64,000 nt of DNA, from assembly GCF_009914755.1 (NCBI RefSeq), contig NC_060939.1. One strand, given 5' to 3'. The number at the start of each line of letters is the position of its first letter. Position 1 is the first letter of the stretch. This stretch comes from the human T2T-CHM13v2.0 reference genome, Homo sapiens. Positions 1 to 35,542 of this stretch are shown piece after piece. The notes under the pieces are model-generated. The model worked only from the letters and a program-made list of their open reading frames with translations, ran no database searches and was not told the origin of the DNA. The position numbers were made by a program, and so were the translations under genes.

Positions 1-1400
1 AAACAGCAGGATGGAGCCAAATTCCATGCGCTAGGCCACCTTGGGTAAGTCATTGCCCACGTCTGGGCTTCAGTTGCCTCAAAAACCAAATGACATGGTA
101 GGACTAGGTGCTACTTCATGGTCCAATAGACTCTGATTGCCTAAGGCTTGATATTCCCAGCCTGACTTGGACATCCCTGGCTCCATTCCTAGCTGAGTGG
201 CTTGGCTTCTTGGAGTAGGACATGGACCTAAGACCTAACACAGGGAATGGCTGTGCCTTGAGTGGACTAGCTGCTCCCCTGCTTTAAGGTCTTCCGTGGT
301 CCCCACTGCCCTCCAGGTAAAGCCTGAATTCCCCACTTAGAGCCTCTCTGACCTGCTCCTCCAACAAGCGCACCCTTCCTTCCTCTTCTTGGAACAGCTA
401 TTTAATTGTTCCCTTAATGTTCCATGGTGTGCCATCCTCTGCACCTTTGCTTATACTGTTCCCTCCGCCCAGGCACCCTTTCCCTGTTCTTCATTTGGCT
501 AAGTCAGTCTTTGAGAGTGGGCTCTGGCATCACCACCTCCAGAAAGCCTTCCTGGATGTTCCCCCATCCCCAATGGGAACAGGCCCCCTTTCTCTGGGAA
601 CCTGGATTCTCCTCCCCTGAGACCCTGTTAGTTGCTGAAACAAGGTCAGGAAGCCTTTTTCAACGGGCTGCAGTGGGATCACAGTGTGCCCTCTTTGGCC
701 TCCTCGGGGCAGCCTTGAAAGTGGGTTTCAGGTCCCTGACCCCACCCCTGGCTTTACAGGTATTTGAGGCTGTAGCAGGAACCTGAGCTTGGGGCAGGGG
801 ACTGTTGATCTCCACTAACTGTGCAGGCATTTCTCAAGGCCCTGCTGACCTAGATCTGTAGGGTGGCCACATCTTCCTACCCTCTGTAGCCCCCAGCCCC
901 TCAGTGGACCCAGGGCATGTTCTTTATTCATATACCCCGCCCTCCACCTCCACCAAGCCCCCAGTAGGGAAAAGACCCCAGTCTGTCTCCACCCTCCTTT
1001 CCCCTCCGTATTCTCATTCTCCTCCCATCAGGACAGCCTACGCTATGTCCCCCCATGTGACACGCCCCTTCCTACCTCCACACCTGGAGTCACACTGCTT
1101 CCCCAGCATTCCTGAAGTCGCTTCTCCTCCCCAGATCCTGCCCCTTCTTCAAGACCCAGAATAAGTCCCACTTCCAAAGCCAGCATTCACATGGCTCAGG
1201 GGTGGCATCATAGGGTCCCCAGTCTCTTTGCCACCCAAAAGGATGCAGCTATGGGTTCTGCCTTCCACCCAGTGTCTGGCCCAGCATGTGACCAGAACAC
1301 CCCAAGCCCCATCCCCATCAATGCACAGTGTTCCTGACAGTGTAGGCGGGGTTTTCCCTGCATACCCCTCCCGCTATGAGGACAGTTTCTCAGGAACAAG

Positions 1401-1406
1401 TTTATT
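1401..1406 (-). terminator. STRA6: STRA6 polyadenylation signal AATAAA (3' UTR ~1385-1999)
   Basis: TTTATT on the + strand ~600 nt past the stop codon. Confidence 0.85.
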
Positions 1407-1999
1407 GCAGGGAACACACTAACCTCTTTCATAATAGCCAAAGGCATAAAAACTACAAAAATATCTGGCTCTCGAGTGTGGGCAGCTCAGTGTGGGACCT
1501 GGTCTGAGTCATGACTTGGGCTGCCCTGCAGGCCAGAGGCCCGGGAGCTTTCCGGCCACTCCCCAGAGAGGTCCGTGGCGCTGAGGGGGTGAGGAAGTGC
1601 CTTGGCTGCTTCCACAGCGTGAAGGCCAAGGCTGAGGTGGAGCTGGGCTGGAGTGGTTCCAGAGAAGGCTTCATCGAGGCCCTTCAAGGCTGATGGCAGA
1701 GCCAGGGTAGGGAGACGCCTGGATGTGGCTGCCCTGGCTCAACTGGCTCCTGGACCAAGGCCCTAACCCACCAGTTTTTTTCTCCAGAACCCCTGCTGGC
1801 TCTCCCATAGCCAAGTGGGTGGAGCAGAGCCCTCCTGAGGCTCCCAGTGCAGACAGACCTCCACCCAACCACAGTGATCCGGAGGACCTGCTGGCTGCAT
1901 GGCTGGTGTGATGCTGGGAGGAGAGCCGGGGAGGGAGGAGGATGGTAGGCAGGAACATGCCTCAGCACAGATGGGCAGGTGGGTTGACCTTCCCTGCCC

Positions 2000-24325
<22,326 letters not shown>

Positions 24326-24337
24326 TTACTTTCTTAC

Positions 24338-24439
24338 TTTTAGCTCTCTGGGAAAAGCCCGTCTGGGACTGAGGGCCTGAGCAAGCTGGCACGGGAAGAG
24401 GACAGGGCCTCTCGTGTCCCCTCCTCCCTTCCCGCCCAT
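24338..24439 (-). CDS. STRA6: STRA6 alternative first exon, in-frame N-extension MGGKGGGDTRGPVLFPCQLAQALSPRRAFPRELK (+EKGQR gives a 706-aa form)
   Basis: ATG 24439, 34 codons, phase-0 donor AAA|GTAAGA at 24337; joins the 15-nt leader of exon 2 in frame. Confidence 0.8.
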
Positions 24440-25200
24440 CGCACTGGTCCTGCAGAGATAGCTGTCCCCTTGGGGCCCCGGGGCTCCCGCTGGCGCATCT
24501 GTCTGACCAACCACCAGCAGGCGTGTGTTCAAAGGACCATTTTCAAAGAAGGCTTGTCCAGTCTGAGCTGCCTAAAGAGACGCCCCTTCCTTCCCCTTTC
24601 CCAAGCCCACCTAGACAGACCCACAGACACACCAGAAGGGAGGCCCAGGGAGGAAGGAGTTGCAGAGATGAAAGGGTAGGCAGCCCACGGCCAGCTCCGC
24701 ACTGCCTGCCTGGGCCCTCCCAGCTGGGCTCCCTTGAGCCCCTCCCCCAGCCTCAGCCTGCCCCTTTCTGGCCCCTTTGGGCCTCGGTGATGGAAATACA
24801 CCATAATCCTTGACAAAGCCCCCCTCCTGGGGGAGGAGGCCCCAGCACCATTGGCGGCCTGAGCCCTGCAAGGGTGTGGCCAGGAGCCACCCCCACCCCC
24901 GCACCTGACTTCACACACATACCTGCCTTCAGCGCCTGCCCCAGAGCTCCCAAGCCCCTGCCCGCCACATCTGCAGTGCCGCACACAGACAGGAGACCAG
25001 CATTACAGCAACAACCGAGTGAGACGGACCGCTGGGGCTGGGCTGGGGCGGAGGCAGGGAAGGGGAATCTGTCCGTTTCTTCTCCTAGGGTTTCCATGAA
25101 GGAGGCAACATGTGTCTCATTGGTAAACCCTTTTTTCCTACAAGTTGATTTCACAAGGAGATAACTCACCCCCACAAGGCGGAAATTAGCTCTTTAAACA
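24440..25200 (-). promoter_or_regulatory. STRA6: STRA6 proximal promoter and cluster of non-coding first exons (candidate donors at 24610, 24632, 24922)
   Basis: GC-rich with retained CpGs, a GGGCGG box near 25046, and several donor-like sites just upstream of exon 2. Confidence 0.6.
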
Positions 25201-26568
25201 CAAACCAGACCCACGGGTAGGCAAGAGGAGCCCCGCCTGCCTCCTGCTCCTCCTGGAGTGAGGTTGAGGGTGAGCAAGGGAAGGTCTGGGCCAGGGAGGA
25301 GGGCTCCTCCGCATTCTCCCTCCCCAGGAGCAGGACCCTGCCCCAGCCTGGAGGAAGGGGCGAGAGGCAGAAGAAGGTAGAAAGCAGTTCTCAGGCCACT
25401 GTCCCTGGTGGAGGTTTAGGCCCCTAAAACTGTGAGGGTCTCTGTCCTTCCAATACCCTACAAGGGGCTTCGGCTTGGACCCTGTCAGCTAAGGCAGTCA
25501 TTCAACAGCTTTTTTAAGAAGACATTATTCATTTAGTCTTTTAACTTAAATTTATTGAACACACACTATGTGCCAGCACTGTTCTGAGCCCTGAGGCAGG
25601 AGAGATGACAGTTCAGCGGGGACACAGCCAGATAACTAAATCCCCTCCAAAGTCTGAGGGTTACAAAGGGAATCACAGGTTGAGCTGGTCTGTACCATGG
25701 GAAACCAAATTTAGTCCAAGAGCATTTGGGGATGGGGGGAGATTCCTGAAGAAAAGAACCTTTCCGTGGTGATCTGAAGGGCAGGGGAAAGTCCGCTGAG
25801 CAGAGGGTGGCAGGCTCAGGATGGGGATGGGGGTGGGGGAAAGTGTGTTCCCCACAGAGGAAACAGCACGGGTGAAGTCTCAGAGTAGACAGGGCTTGAA
25901 ATCCTGGAGGCTCTCTTTCAAATTCCCAAGCCTGCAGGGCAGGATTAGGGGCTGAGCACCCTGCTAGCCTGAGTTCCTCCCCCTTCTTCCCAAATGGCCC
26001 TTCTTGCAGGAAGAGGGCTCTGTTGCTCTCCACCATCCCACAGAGATATCAGCATCTGCTGACTCAGAGCTGAACCCGAGCTTTATTTGATGTAATGAGG
26101 AGCCCACACTGGCCCTTCTGATCCCAGGGATGCGGGAAACTTGCCTTCCAGGCGCGAGTGTGAGCTCCCGGAGGGCGGGACTCTATCCCTCCCACCCCTC
26201 CTCCTGCCTTCCCCTGATGCTCAGCGCCTGGCCCTTGGGTAAGAGGGACTTCAGAAATTGAGCTTGGCAAAGCCATTGCTTGTTCTGGCGGCCAGTATTC
26301 ATTTGTGGGCCTGTCCTATACAGGCGGCTGCTGTGCCCTGAGGTTCACCAGCTGGGCTTCCCAGAGTCCCCGTGCCCACACCAGAGGCCAGCAAGCCCTT
26401 CCCTGCTCAGGGGTCTCAGACTGTTACCTTAGGGAGCAGCCAACTCCCATCTGATTTTAAATCCACCTCCAACCATTGGAGTCCAGTTCCAGACAGGGAG
26501 CCCACTCCCTCTACAAGGCAGCAGTGTCAGGGGTTAGACATCCTTGCCTATCAGAAACCATGCCCTTT

Positions 26569-27074
<506 letters not shown>

Positions 27075-27148
27075 TCAGGGAAGGCCTCACTGAGAAGGTG
27101 GTGTGTTGCTGATACCAGAGGGGAGAGAGGGAGGTACCAGTTGGGCAC

Positions 27149-27560
27149 TGTGTTCATCTGTTTCGCATTGCTGTGAAGGAAAACCTGACTCTGGGTAACT
27201 TAGAAGGAAAGGGGGTTTATGTGGCTCACAGTTCTGCAGGCTGTGCAGGAAGCAGCACGGCACCAGCATCAGCTTCTGGGGAGGGCCTCAGGAAACCCAC
27301 AATCGTGATGGAAGGTGAAGGGGGGTCAGGCAGGACACTTGGCAAGAGAGGGAGCAGGAGAGATGCCAGGCACTTACAAATAGCCAGCTCTCACATGAAC
27401 TGATAGAGCGAGAACTCACTCATTACCACAGGGAGGGCACCAAGCCATTCAGGAGGGATACCCCGCAATGACCCAAACACCACACACCAGGCCTCACATC
27501 CAACACTGGGGTCACATTTCAACATGAGATTTGGAGGGCACACACATCCAAACCATATCG
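27149..27560. mobile_element. MaLR solo LTR (MST-like)
   Basis: MST-type sequence (tggctcacagttctgcaggctg...catccaaaccatatc) with 5-bp TSD GGCAC. Confidence 0.85.
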
Positions 27561-29619
27561 GGCACTGAAGAAAGGCAATCAGGTTGCCTGAAGGAGCCTC
27601 CATCTGCCCAGGGGCTGCAGCCAGGCTGGCAGAAAGGGACCCCAGCTGAGCCCAGGCACAGTCCCTTCCCCACCCCCCACGGAGAGCCCAGTGCCAACAA
27701 TACCACCTCCCTCCTCATGGGAAGACACAGAGGCCACCAAGGGAGGCCCTAAGCAGAGGGGAGGAAATGTTGAGCTTCGTCCTTTTCCCCTGGTGGGGGC
27801 CTAGCAAGCAGAGCGCAGCCTTGTGCCTGGTACTTTGGCCAGGGCATAGCTGGAAGGTCCAGAGGTAAGGGCCAGGTTTCTGCATGGCAGTGGAGAACGC
27901 CTGGTTGGGGAGGCCACCTAGCCGGATTTGAACCCTGGGACTGGCTATGTGGCCTTGAGTGAGTCTTTTCCTCTCTGTGGGTCTCACTGTCCTCTCTCAA
28001 ATCCGGCCTGGAGATTCTCCAGTTGTGAACTCTCCCCACAAGGCCCCCGTCCCTGCACACCAGTAACCAGTTGTAACAAGAAGGTCACAGAGAGTGGTTG
28101 TGACTTCCTAGGTGCCCCCATTGCCTCCCACCTGCCCCCTCCTGGCCCCCAGCTGCCCTGCCCAGTCTGGTGCGGGCAGGGTGGGCAGGCTGGGTTGAAG
28201 ATCCATGGATAGCGGGTGGCCGCGTGGCTCAAGCTGCAAGGTGAGCCCACTTCTTGAGCCCAAGGTACCTCCTCAGCTTGGGGCTAGAATCGCTTGGAGC
28301 TCCCATCTGCAAAATGGGAGGCTCGGCTCTGAGCTGTTAAGAAAGATGCTACCTGGGAAGACGGCAGGAGGCAAGAAGTGTTAGGAAGAGAAGGATGGTA
28401 ATGATGTGCCCCTGAAGAATTTCTCCAAAGGCCTGGGCAGCAGAGTCAAGGGCCTGCCCTCTGGAGCTGGCTTTAAAGGGGCACTGATACCCAGGAAGGC
28501 CCAGCCCTGCCCTCAGGAGAGCAAAAGTGCTCAAAAGACAGAACTGCCAAAGCCTGAGGAGCGGGGAGGGAAAGGAGGAGATGGCTTGGGCAGTCTTGCA
28601 GGCTCCCTGGAGGAGGGGGCCTGGAGCAGGGCCCTGAAGCCATGGAAGATCTGGAATGGTAACAAGAATGAATTGACACGTGTCTCAGGAGTGCCAAGAA
28701 GGGAAGTCTGAGAGACAAGGAGAGAGTAGCATAAGGGTCAGGGCAGGGCTCCCTCGCTGTGACCAGCATGAACCCACGTGGGCACTCAGATGAGGCTGAT
28801 GCCAGTATCCAAGGAGCAGCTCAAACCAGCAGGTCTCCCAACTGGGCACAGATTGGCGGGTGGCTAAGCCCTGCTCACTATGGGAGGAGGTCCTAAAAAG
28901 CTTCTGGACTCTGAGCCAGTGAAGGCCATCTGCCATTTGGGCTTGGCACAGAGCTGCTATGCCCCTCGGGTTGGAGCTGGCCCATGAAGGCCTTGGGACA
29001 GGGCTTCCTTCCTCTCATGTTTTTGTTCAAGTTGATTAAACCTGAGGAATTTTTGCATCCAGGAGCAGAGGCCCACGTGCATTTCTGCGGGAGCCTGTGA
29101 TTATCAAATCCTCAAAGGGCAAAGTGCCAAGCTTAGAAGAAGCTAACAGCAGGCCAGAAGGAATGGGGAAGGCCAGCAGCATCCCCAGAACCTCAGAAAC
29201 ATCCCCTCAAGGACTCCCAGATCTCCCAGAGAACCTCCAGAATCTCAGCAACATTTCTGAGTTTCAGTAATGCCATAAGAAGCCCTGCAACCTCAGTATT
29301 GCCCCCAAGAAGCCCCAGACCTTCAGTAACACATCAGAACCACTGCAACACCTCAGGACACTCAAACTCTGGCAAACTCAAACTCTGGCAAATCAACCAC
29401 AGATTGGAACAAGATGTTCAAAAGCCTGTGACCATTTGCAGAAAGGCCAGAGACCCCCGTTGCTCTCCACCCTCCCATCTCAGCCCTTGACTCTGAGTCC
29501 AGCAGCAAACCCAATAGTTTACAATACTCAAACCTCAGGTACACCCCCAACTTCGATAGCACGGAAGAGAACACGCAAGAGAGGCGTTCCAGGAGTGGGG
29601 GGATGGCCACTGTGCCCAC

Positions 29620-29649
29620 CTGTGCAGCCCAGTCCCCTTGAGAGTCCAT
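29620..29649 (-). CDS. STRA6: STRA6 alternative first exon, N-extension MDSQGDWAAQ (682-aa form)
   Basis: ATG 29649, 10 codons, donor CAG|GTGGGC, phase 0. Confidence 0.65.
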
Positions 29650-30722
29650 GAATAAGCAGCCGAGAGAGTCAACCTCATGCGGGCCCATGAGCTTGGGGTG
29701 TGCCCTCAGTGGCACAGCACACTCACACACACATCCAACTGCCCTTCGCACACATACGTGCTTAATTCTGGCACCAGACCAAGTCTGACTCCACACAGTG
29801 GGCTGGAAGGCAGTGTCGTTGGCTGCCGTGCTCACGGCAGGAAGAGTATGGGTGACTCTCCACCTCCTGTCTCTCTACCTCCTACCTCCCCTGCCATGTG
29901 GGAGGGTCAGAAGCACCATCTGATGTGCCCTTCCTGCAATTCTCATGCCCCCCTCACCAACAGCATCATCATAACATAAAGGATTTAGACCAGGCTGTTC
30001 TGGTATGAGGGTGGACACTGGTGAGGAGGAGGAGGGTAGCCGGCTGTGCCAGGGGAGCAGCATGTTCTTTCCCTCCCAGAGGGCTAGGCTAGTACTGACC
30101 TGGAGGAGGGAGGCAGATTTCAGCTCAGAACAAAGGTAGCCTTCTAGAGTAGTGAGGCCCCCATCAAGGGAGGCAATCAAGAAGAGGCTGTTAACATCAA
30201 GATGCAACAGAGGGCTTCCTGCCTTCGGAGGACTAGACACAAGGCCATGAAGATTCCCCAGCTATAAGAGCCCCACGTTCTCCGTTCCCAGCACGTTCCT
30301 CCCTGGGCTGGTCACCGTGGTGTGGCCTTGAGATGTAGGCTTTGTGCTGCCCTCCTTCCTCACTGAGGACATTGACTGCTGGGCAGATCCCCTGACTTCT
30401 CTCTCCTTGTTCCCTTGCTGACCACAGGACAGGGCTCTCCACCAACCTTTTGCCCACAGCCAGTCAGATCCAACTCAGACAGGACTCTGCGAATGTCTCC
30501 TGCCTTTTGGAGCTCCTGCTAGCCCCCCAGTGTCCCCTGAGGGCAGCCCACCCCAGGTCTCCAAACTTACTCATCAGAATTGCTCCAGCCCATCACTCTG
30601 CTCACTTCCTGCCCCTAGGCTCTGACTCCTGCTCACTTCCCACCGCACACCCCATGTGCCTTCTCGCTGTTCCCCGACCTGTTCCAATCCCACCTGGCCT
30701 CCCAGACTTGGCTCCAGCCTAC

Positions 30723-30950
30723 CTCCAATCAAGCGCTCTCCTGACCTCTCCCTTCCTTGTCTCTTTCCTTTCCTTTATTGATCTCTCCCGGAAACTTGTC
30801 CCTCCAGGCAAGCAGGGTGCTCCCAACACGGGGCCTTCTCCTCTGAGCCCAGCACCAGCTGGGCTGGGATCCTAGAGGGGTGGCTGGTTGTGTGGTCTCG
30901 GCAGTTGGCCCTGAGAAGTGTCCCCAGCACCTGCTTTAAAAGGTGTTTGA
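30723..30950 (-). other. STRA6: Candidate non-coding STRA6 first exon (5' end approximate)
   Basis: Donor GAG|GTAGGC at 30722; AT-rich TATA-like TTTTAAA near 30935-30941. Confidence 0.45.
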
Positions 30951-31281
30951 TCTGCTCCTCCCGGAAGGCAGCTCCCCCCTTCTCCAGTCTGGCTCTGCCC
31001 CTCCTCCTGCCCTCACAGACCTCCCGCCCTTGATTCCGGGATCAGAGGAACCCACCCCACCCCCATCTCCAGCTCAGGCACAGAGCAGGGGCTGGGGCCC
31101 CACACAACACACAGGGCGGCTTGTCTCCAGCGGTATAGCCTCTCCACACCCCCAAACCGTTTGCTCGAAACTTGATCTCCTTGGCCCTCAGAGTCACCTC
31201 AGTGGAGAAGCCTGCACAGGGCTTTGATGGCTGAGTTTCCCCAGATGTGGCCTTAGAGAAGCTGAGGAACCCCCTACTTAC

Positions 31282-31377
31282 CTCCATTTGTCCCCATCCA
31301 TCACTCCCAGGGGGCCACTGCCTGATGAATTGCCAGAGGGGAACCACCAGCTCGGCTCTTAATAACCGGATCTGCAT
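31282..31377 (-). CDS. STRA6: STRA6 alternative first exon, N-extension MQIRLLRAELVVPLWQFIRQWPPGSDGWGQME (704-aa form)
   Basis: ATG 31377, 32 codons, consensus donor GAG|GTAAGT, phase 0. Confidence 0.75.
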
Positions 31378-32089
31378 CCTGCTGCTGCCCAGCTGGGCTG
31401 AGGGCCCTGACCACAGCTAAGGGGAGTCATCACAGGGCTTCAGGGCTGGAATTCCAGGTATGATCTATTCCCAGGGGAAGTGAAAAAGGCCCCCTCGGAG
31501 CTTTCTCTTCTATTTCTCACTTCTCACAGACAGGCTGGGGTTCTGGAGTCCTGCTCTTCACCCCAAGTACATGCCTGCAACCTCCAACGCTGCTGGACAG
31601 TCGGCTGCATCCCCCCTCACCTGAGCACAGGCTCTCCCTACCCCTCCCTCCCCTTCCTAGAGGGGGTATCCTGCAGGGATGCAGACAAGACTGGGGAAGG
31701 AAATGGTGCTCAGAGGGTGCTCCACCTAGGTGCTGTGGCAAGCAGGGCAGGGAGAGAGTAGATAAAGGCCGGGCCAAGAAGCGGGGCCCTAAATTCTCAG
31801 GAGAAGGGCCCTGGAGAGGCAGTCTCTTCCTTGAAGGAGAAAGGGAGTGCCATCTATAAAAAGGTGGGACCACAGGCTTTTGTATGTGAGATTGGCTTCC
31901 AATGATAGTAAAAGACCCTGGAAGAGAGAAGGACAATGCCAGAGCCAGGCCTGCCCAGGAGAGGCAGGGAGAGAGGGAGAGAGAGAGCAGCTCAAGCCGA
32001 GAAAGGGAAGCAGCCAGCCAGCTTGGATCTGATCACCATCTTGTCCATGGAGAAGAGGATTTTTAGTTCCAAAGGGTTAAACCCACATA

Positions 32090-32575
32090 AAGAGAAAATT
32101 AACCTTTGGCACACTTTTAGGAATCCATTCCCAAGGAATGCCTGCATGCATATATATGGAGACAAAATTCCCAAGGCCGTTTGTAATGGCAAAAATAATT
32201 GGCAACAACCCCAATATCCATCCATCAATGCTGATAAGTTGACACACTGAAGTACTATTTTGCTGATAAAAAGAATGAGGTAATTCTCTGGACTGACGTG
32301 GCAGAACCTCCAAGACATATTGCCAAGTAACAGTAACCAAGAAAGCAAGTTGCTGAACAATACATAAATCGTGATCTCATTTTATGCTTCTTTAACTAGG
32401 TAGACATATGTGTATGTATGTGTGTACACATAAAAAGTGAATCTGGCAGACACACAGCAAACTGTTCACAGTGGTCACACTTGGGGGAGGGGTGAATTTT
32501 GGAGAATGAAGCAGGATTTTTCACTTGTTTGAAATGCATATTTTAAAACTCATACTGCATGTGTAATTCTTTTTA
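32090..32575 (+). mobile_element. Old L1 3'-end fragment (approximate)
   Basis: AT-rich, with L1M-like motifs (aattggcaacaaccccaatatccatc). Confidence 0.6.
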
Positions 32576-33063
32576 AATAAGCCTGCTGTGAGTAAGGAGC
32601 TGTGAAGGCATCACTGAGCTGTGTGAATTTGATTCCGTCCCCAGCCCAATATTGCACACTTCCCAGTCTCCCTTGAAGCTAGATGTAGCCCTTAGACTAG
32701 GTATTGGCCAGTGACTTGGAAAAAGAGTGTTGAGCACAATTCCCAGGTTGTGTTCTCAAAAAGAGAGGTGTTCTCTTTACCCCCTCCTCCTTCTAGCTGG
32801 GTGAAAAACAGTTGTGATAGCTGGATCTCAGGCAGCCATCTTGGACTATGAGATAGAAGTCATGAGTTAAGTAGAATAGAGCAGTAAGTTACTGGCAAAG
32901 ACAGAGCCTTAGCTAAGGCCAGATTATAAGGCTGAAGGAGACTCCTGCTGTACCCCAGACTCCAACACATCCAAAAGAAACTTAAGCCCAGAGAGGCCAC
33001 ATGATGTGCCAGGGTCAGTGACTGACCTAGGGGAAGTTTTGCCAGAGATTCCCCCCACCACTA

Positions 33064-33100
33064 CGCACGCACACGCACACACACACACACACACACACAC
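33064..33100 (+). repeat. (CA)n microsatellite
   Basis: Direct observation. Confidence 0.95.
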
Positions 33101-33311
33101 CTCACTGCTTTTTCCCCCAAGAACATTCCTTCCTAGAGCTTGGACTCCGTTTCATTCTATGGCTGGGAGACTCCTTCTGGGATTGAGGGAAGGCCCCAAG
33201 TGTTGATTAAGCCAAATTGCAGGATTGGGACACACCTCTCAATACTCTGTCTGATAACACAGCAGAACCCCTGCCTACTGCTGGGTCTCTCTGTCAATAT
33301 CTGCCCCTGGC

Positions 33312-33729
<418 letters not shown>

Positions 33730-34043
33730 TGACTCAGTCTCCCTCCTTTCCTTCTGTCTCTCTCTACTTTCCTTCTGTCTCTCCTCCTCCTTCTTTCTCT
33801 GTCTAACTCTGTGTTTTCTCTCTATCACTCTCTCTGTTGTTTCCTTTTTGTTTCTCTCTCCTGCTCTTTGTTTTGCTCCCCACTCCCCAGTCTGGCTGTG
33901 AAGTTTGTGTCTCTCCTCCTAAAGGTTTTAGGCAGTACCTTTTCTAAGCTAGCCTGGGCCATGCCTAAATCTCTGATCTTGGGCCTTGTCTTGTGCTGAC
34001 TCAGTGCTGCCCCTGCCATCTCCTGCCCTCTTTCCCGCCTTAC

Positions 34044-34190
34044 CTGCTCTGTCTGTCCCCAGTGCTGCAGGATGAGTGGCGCTGGTCTCGGGATCCGCAG
34101 AGTCTACAGGGCCCTGGGCTTGGACACCGTCTCAGGGGTTTGTGCCTTCAGAGCCTGGTGGAGCAGCCAAGCAACTGGGCACATGAAGAC
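34044..34190 (-). other. STRA6: Candidate distal STRA6 first exon (5' end approximate)
   Basis: Strong donor CAG|GTAAGG at 34043 in unique sequence with CpGs. Confidence 0.45.
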
Positions 34191-34596
34191 AAAGGTCAGT
34201 GCTGCTGAGCAGTAAGGCTACCTTCTCCCTCCCGCCAGACCAAGAACTTTAGCCCCTCCAAGGCAAGTCTGGCAGAGGGGGGCTGTCAGGGCAAGCCCAG
34301 GGATCACTGATGCTGCCCTAGCTCCCCTCCTCCAGCTCCTGCTCAGCTGGAGGTCAGAGCAAAAGGACTTGAGGGATGACCCAAGACTTTCCTGACAGTG
34401 CTTGGTGCTGGAGCCCGGAGCAGGAGGCCAAGAGAGGAACGGAGTGCCATCCAATGGCACTGGCGTGGCAGACAGGATCACAGTTACTACTCATGGCAGA
34501 AAGCTTCAAAGTAGCCAGGCCCCTCGGTGGAAGGAAGAGACGAGGCTTCTAATTTTGTTTTTACTACTTACTAGCTGAGTGACCACAAATGCAGCC

Positions 34597-35542
34597 TGTT
34601 GGAACTCAGAAAATAACACCCGAAAATGAAAGCCTCAGAAGCAAAAGTGACCTTCTAGCCTTCTCCTGCCCTCCTGTGTCTCAGGCCCGTTTTCCCCCAA
34701 GGACGGACATAGAAAAGAGAATCCCTCCTCCTCAAGGCGGGTTATAGAAATCAAAACCCCTTTTCCCCAAAGCTAGCCATAAAGCCTACAAACTCTAACT
34801 TTCCCCAATTTCTGTGTAAAAACTGGCCACAAATAAATTCTCAGGCCTAGGTGGGGCATGGTGGCTCACACCTATAATCCCAGCACTTTGGGAGGCCGAG
34901 TCGGGTGTATCATTTGAGGTCAGGAGTTCAAGACCAGCATGGCCGACATTATGAAACCCCGTCTCTATTAAAAATACAAAAATTAGCCAGGCAGTAGTGG
35001 TGTACACTTGTAATCCCAGCTACTTGGGAGGCTGAGGCAGGAGAATCGCTTCAACCTGGAAGACGGAGGTTACAGTGAGCCGAGAACGCTCCACTGCACA
35101 CCAATCTGGGCGAGAGAGCGAGACTCTGTCTCTAAAAAAAAAAAAACAAAAAAAATTCTCAGGCCTACCTTGTTTGATTGTAGGTCAGACCTCCATTCCA
35201 GAAAGTCCTGCCCCATACCCACACCCAGAAGGAAGAAATGCATGCTCAGAGGGGCCAGGAAGAAATCCAGAGAGACAGGCCTTGCTGGGTGTCCCCACTC
35301 CGTCTATTCACATTCGATCATTGCCCTTTTTGTCCAGTCATATCGCTACACAGCTGTCCATGTGTCCTTGAAACTCAGCATAAAAGTGGACAATTTTCCC
35401 TGTATCTCTGGGTCCTTGTTCTGAAGGCTCCTGTGTACATGTTAATAAGGTGTACACCTTTCCTCCTATTCACCTGCCTCTTGTTGGTGATTTCTAGCCA
35501 ACCTTCAGAGGGTGGTGGGGAAGCTTTCCCCTGGCCGCTGCA
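34597..35542 (+). mobile_element. ERV1-class solo LTR (MER39/MER21-like) containing an Alu
   Basis: TG...CA ends, 4-bp TSD AGCC, start TGTTGGAACTCAGAAAATAACACCC. Confidence 0.75.
34850..35152 (+). mobile_element. Alu nested in the LTR
   Basis: TSD AAATTCTCAGGCCTA at 34835-34849 and 35153-35167. Confidence 0.95.

Noticed and set aside
1-1380. Possible neighbouring gene (ISLR) at the left edge
   Set aside because: No coding sequence recognisable here; appears to be downstream intergenic DNA
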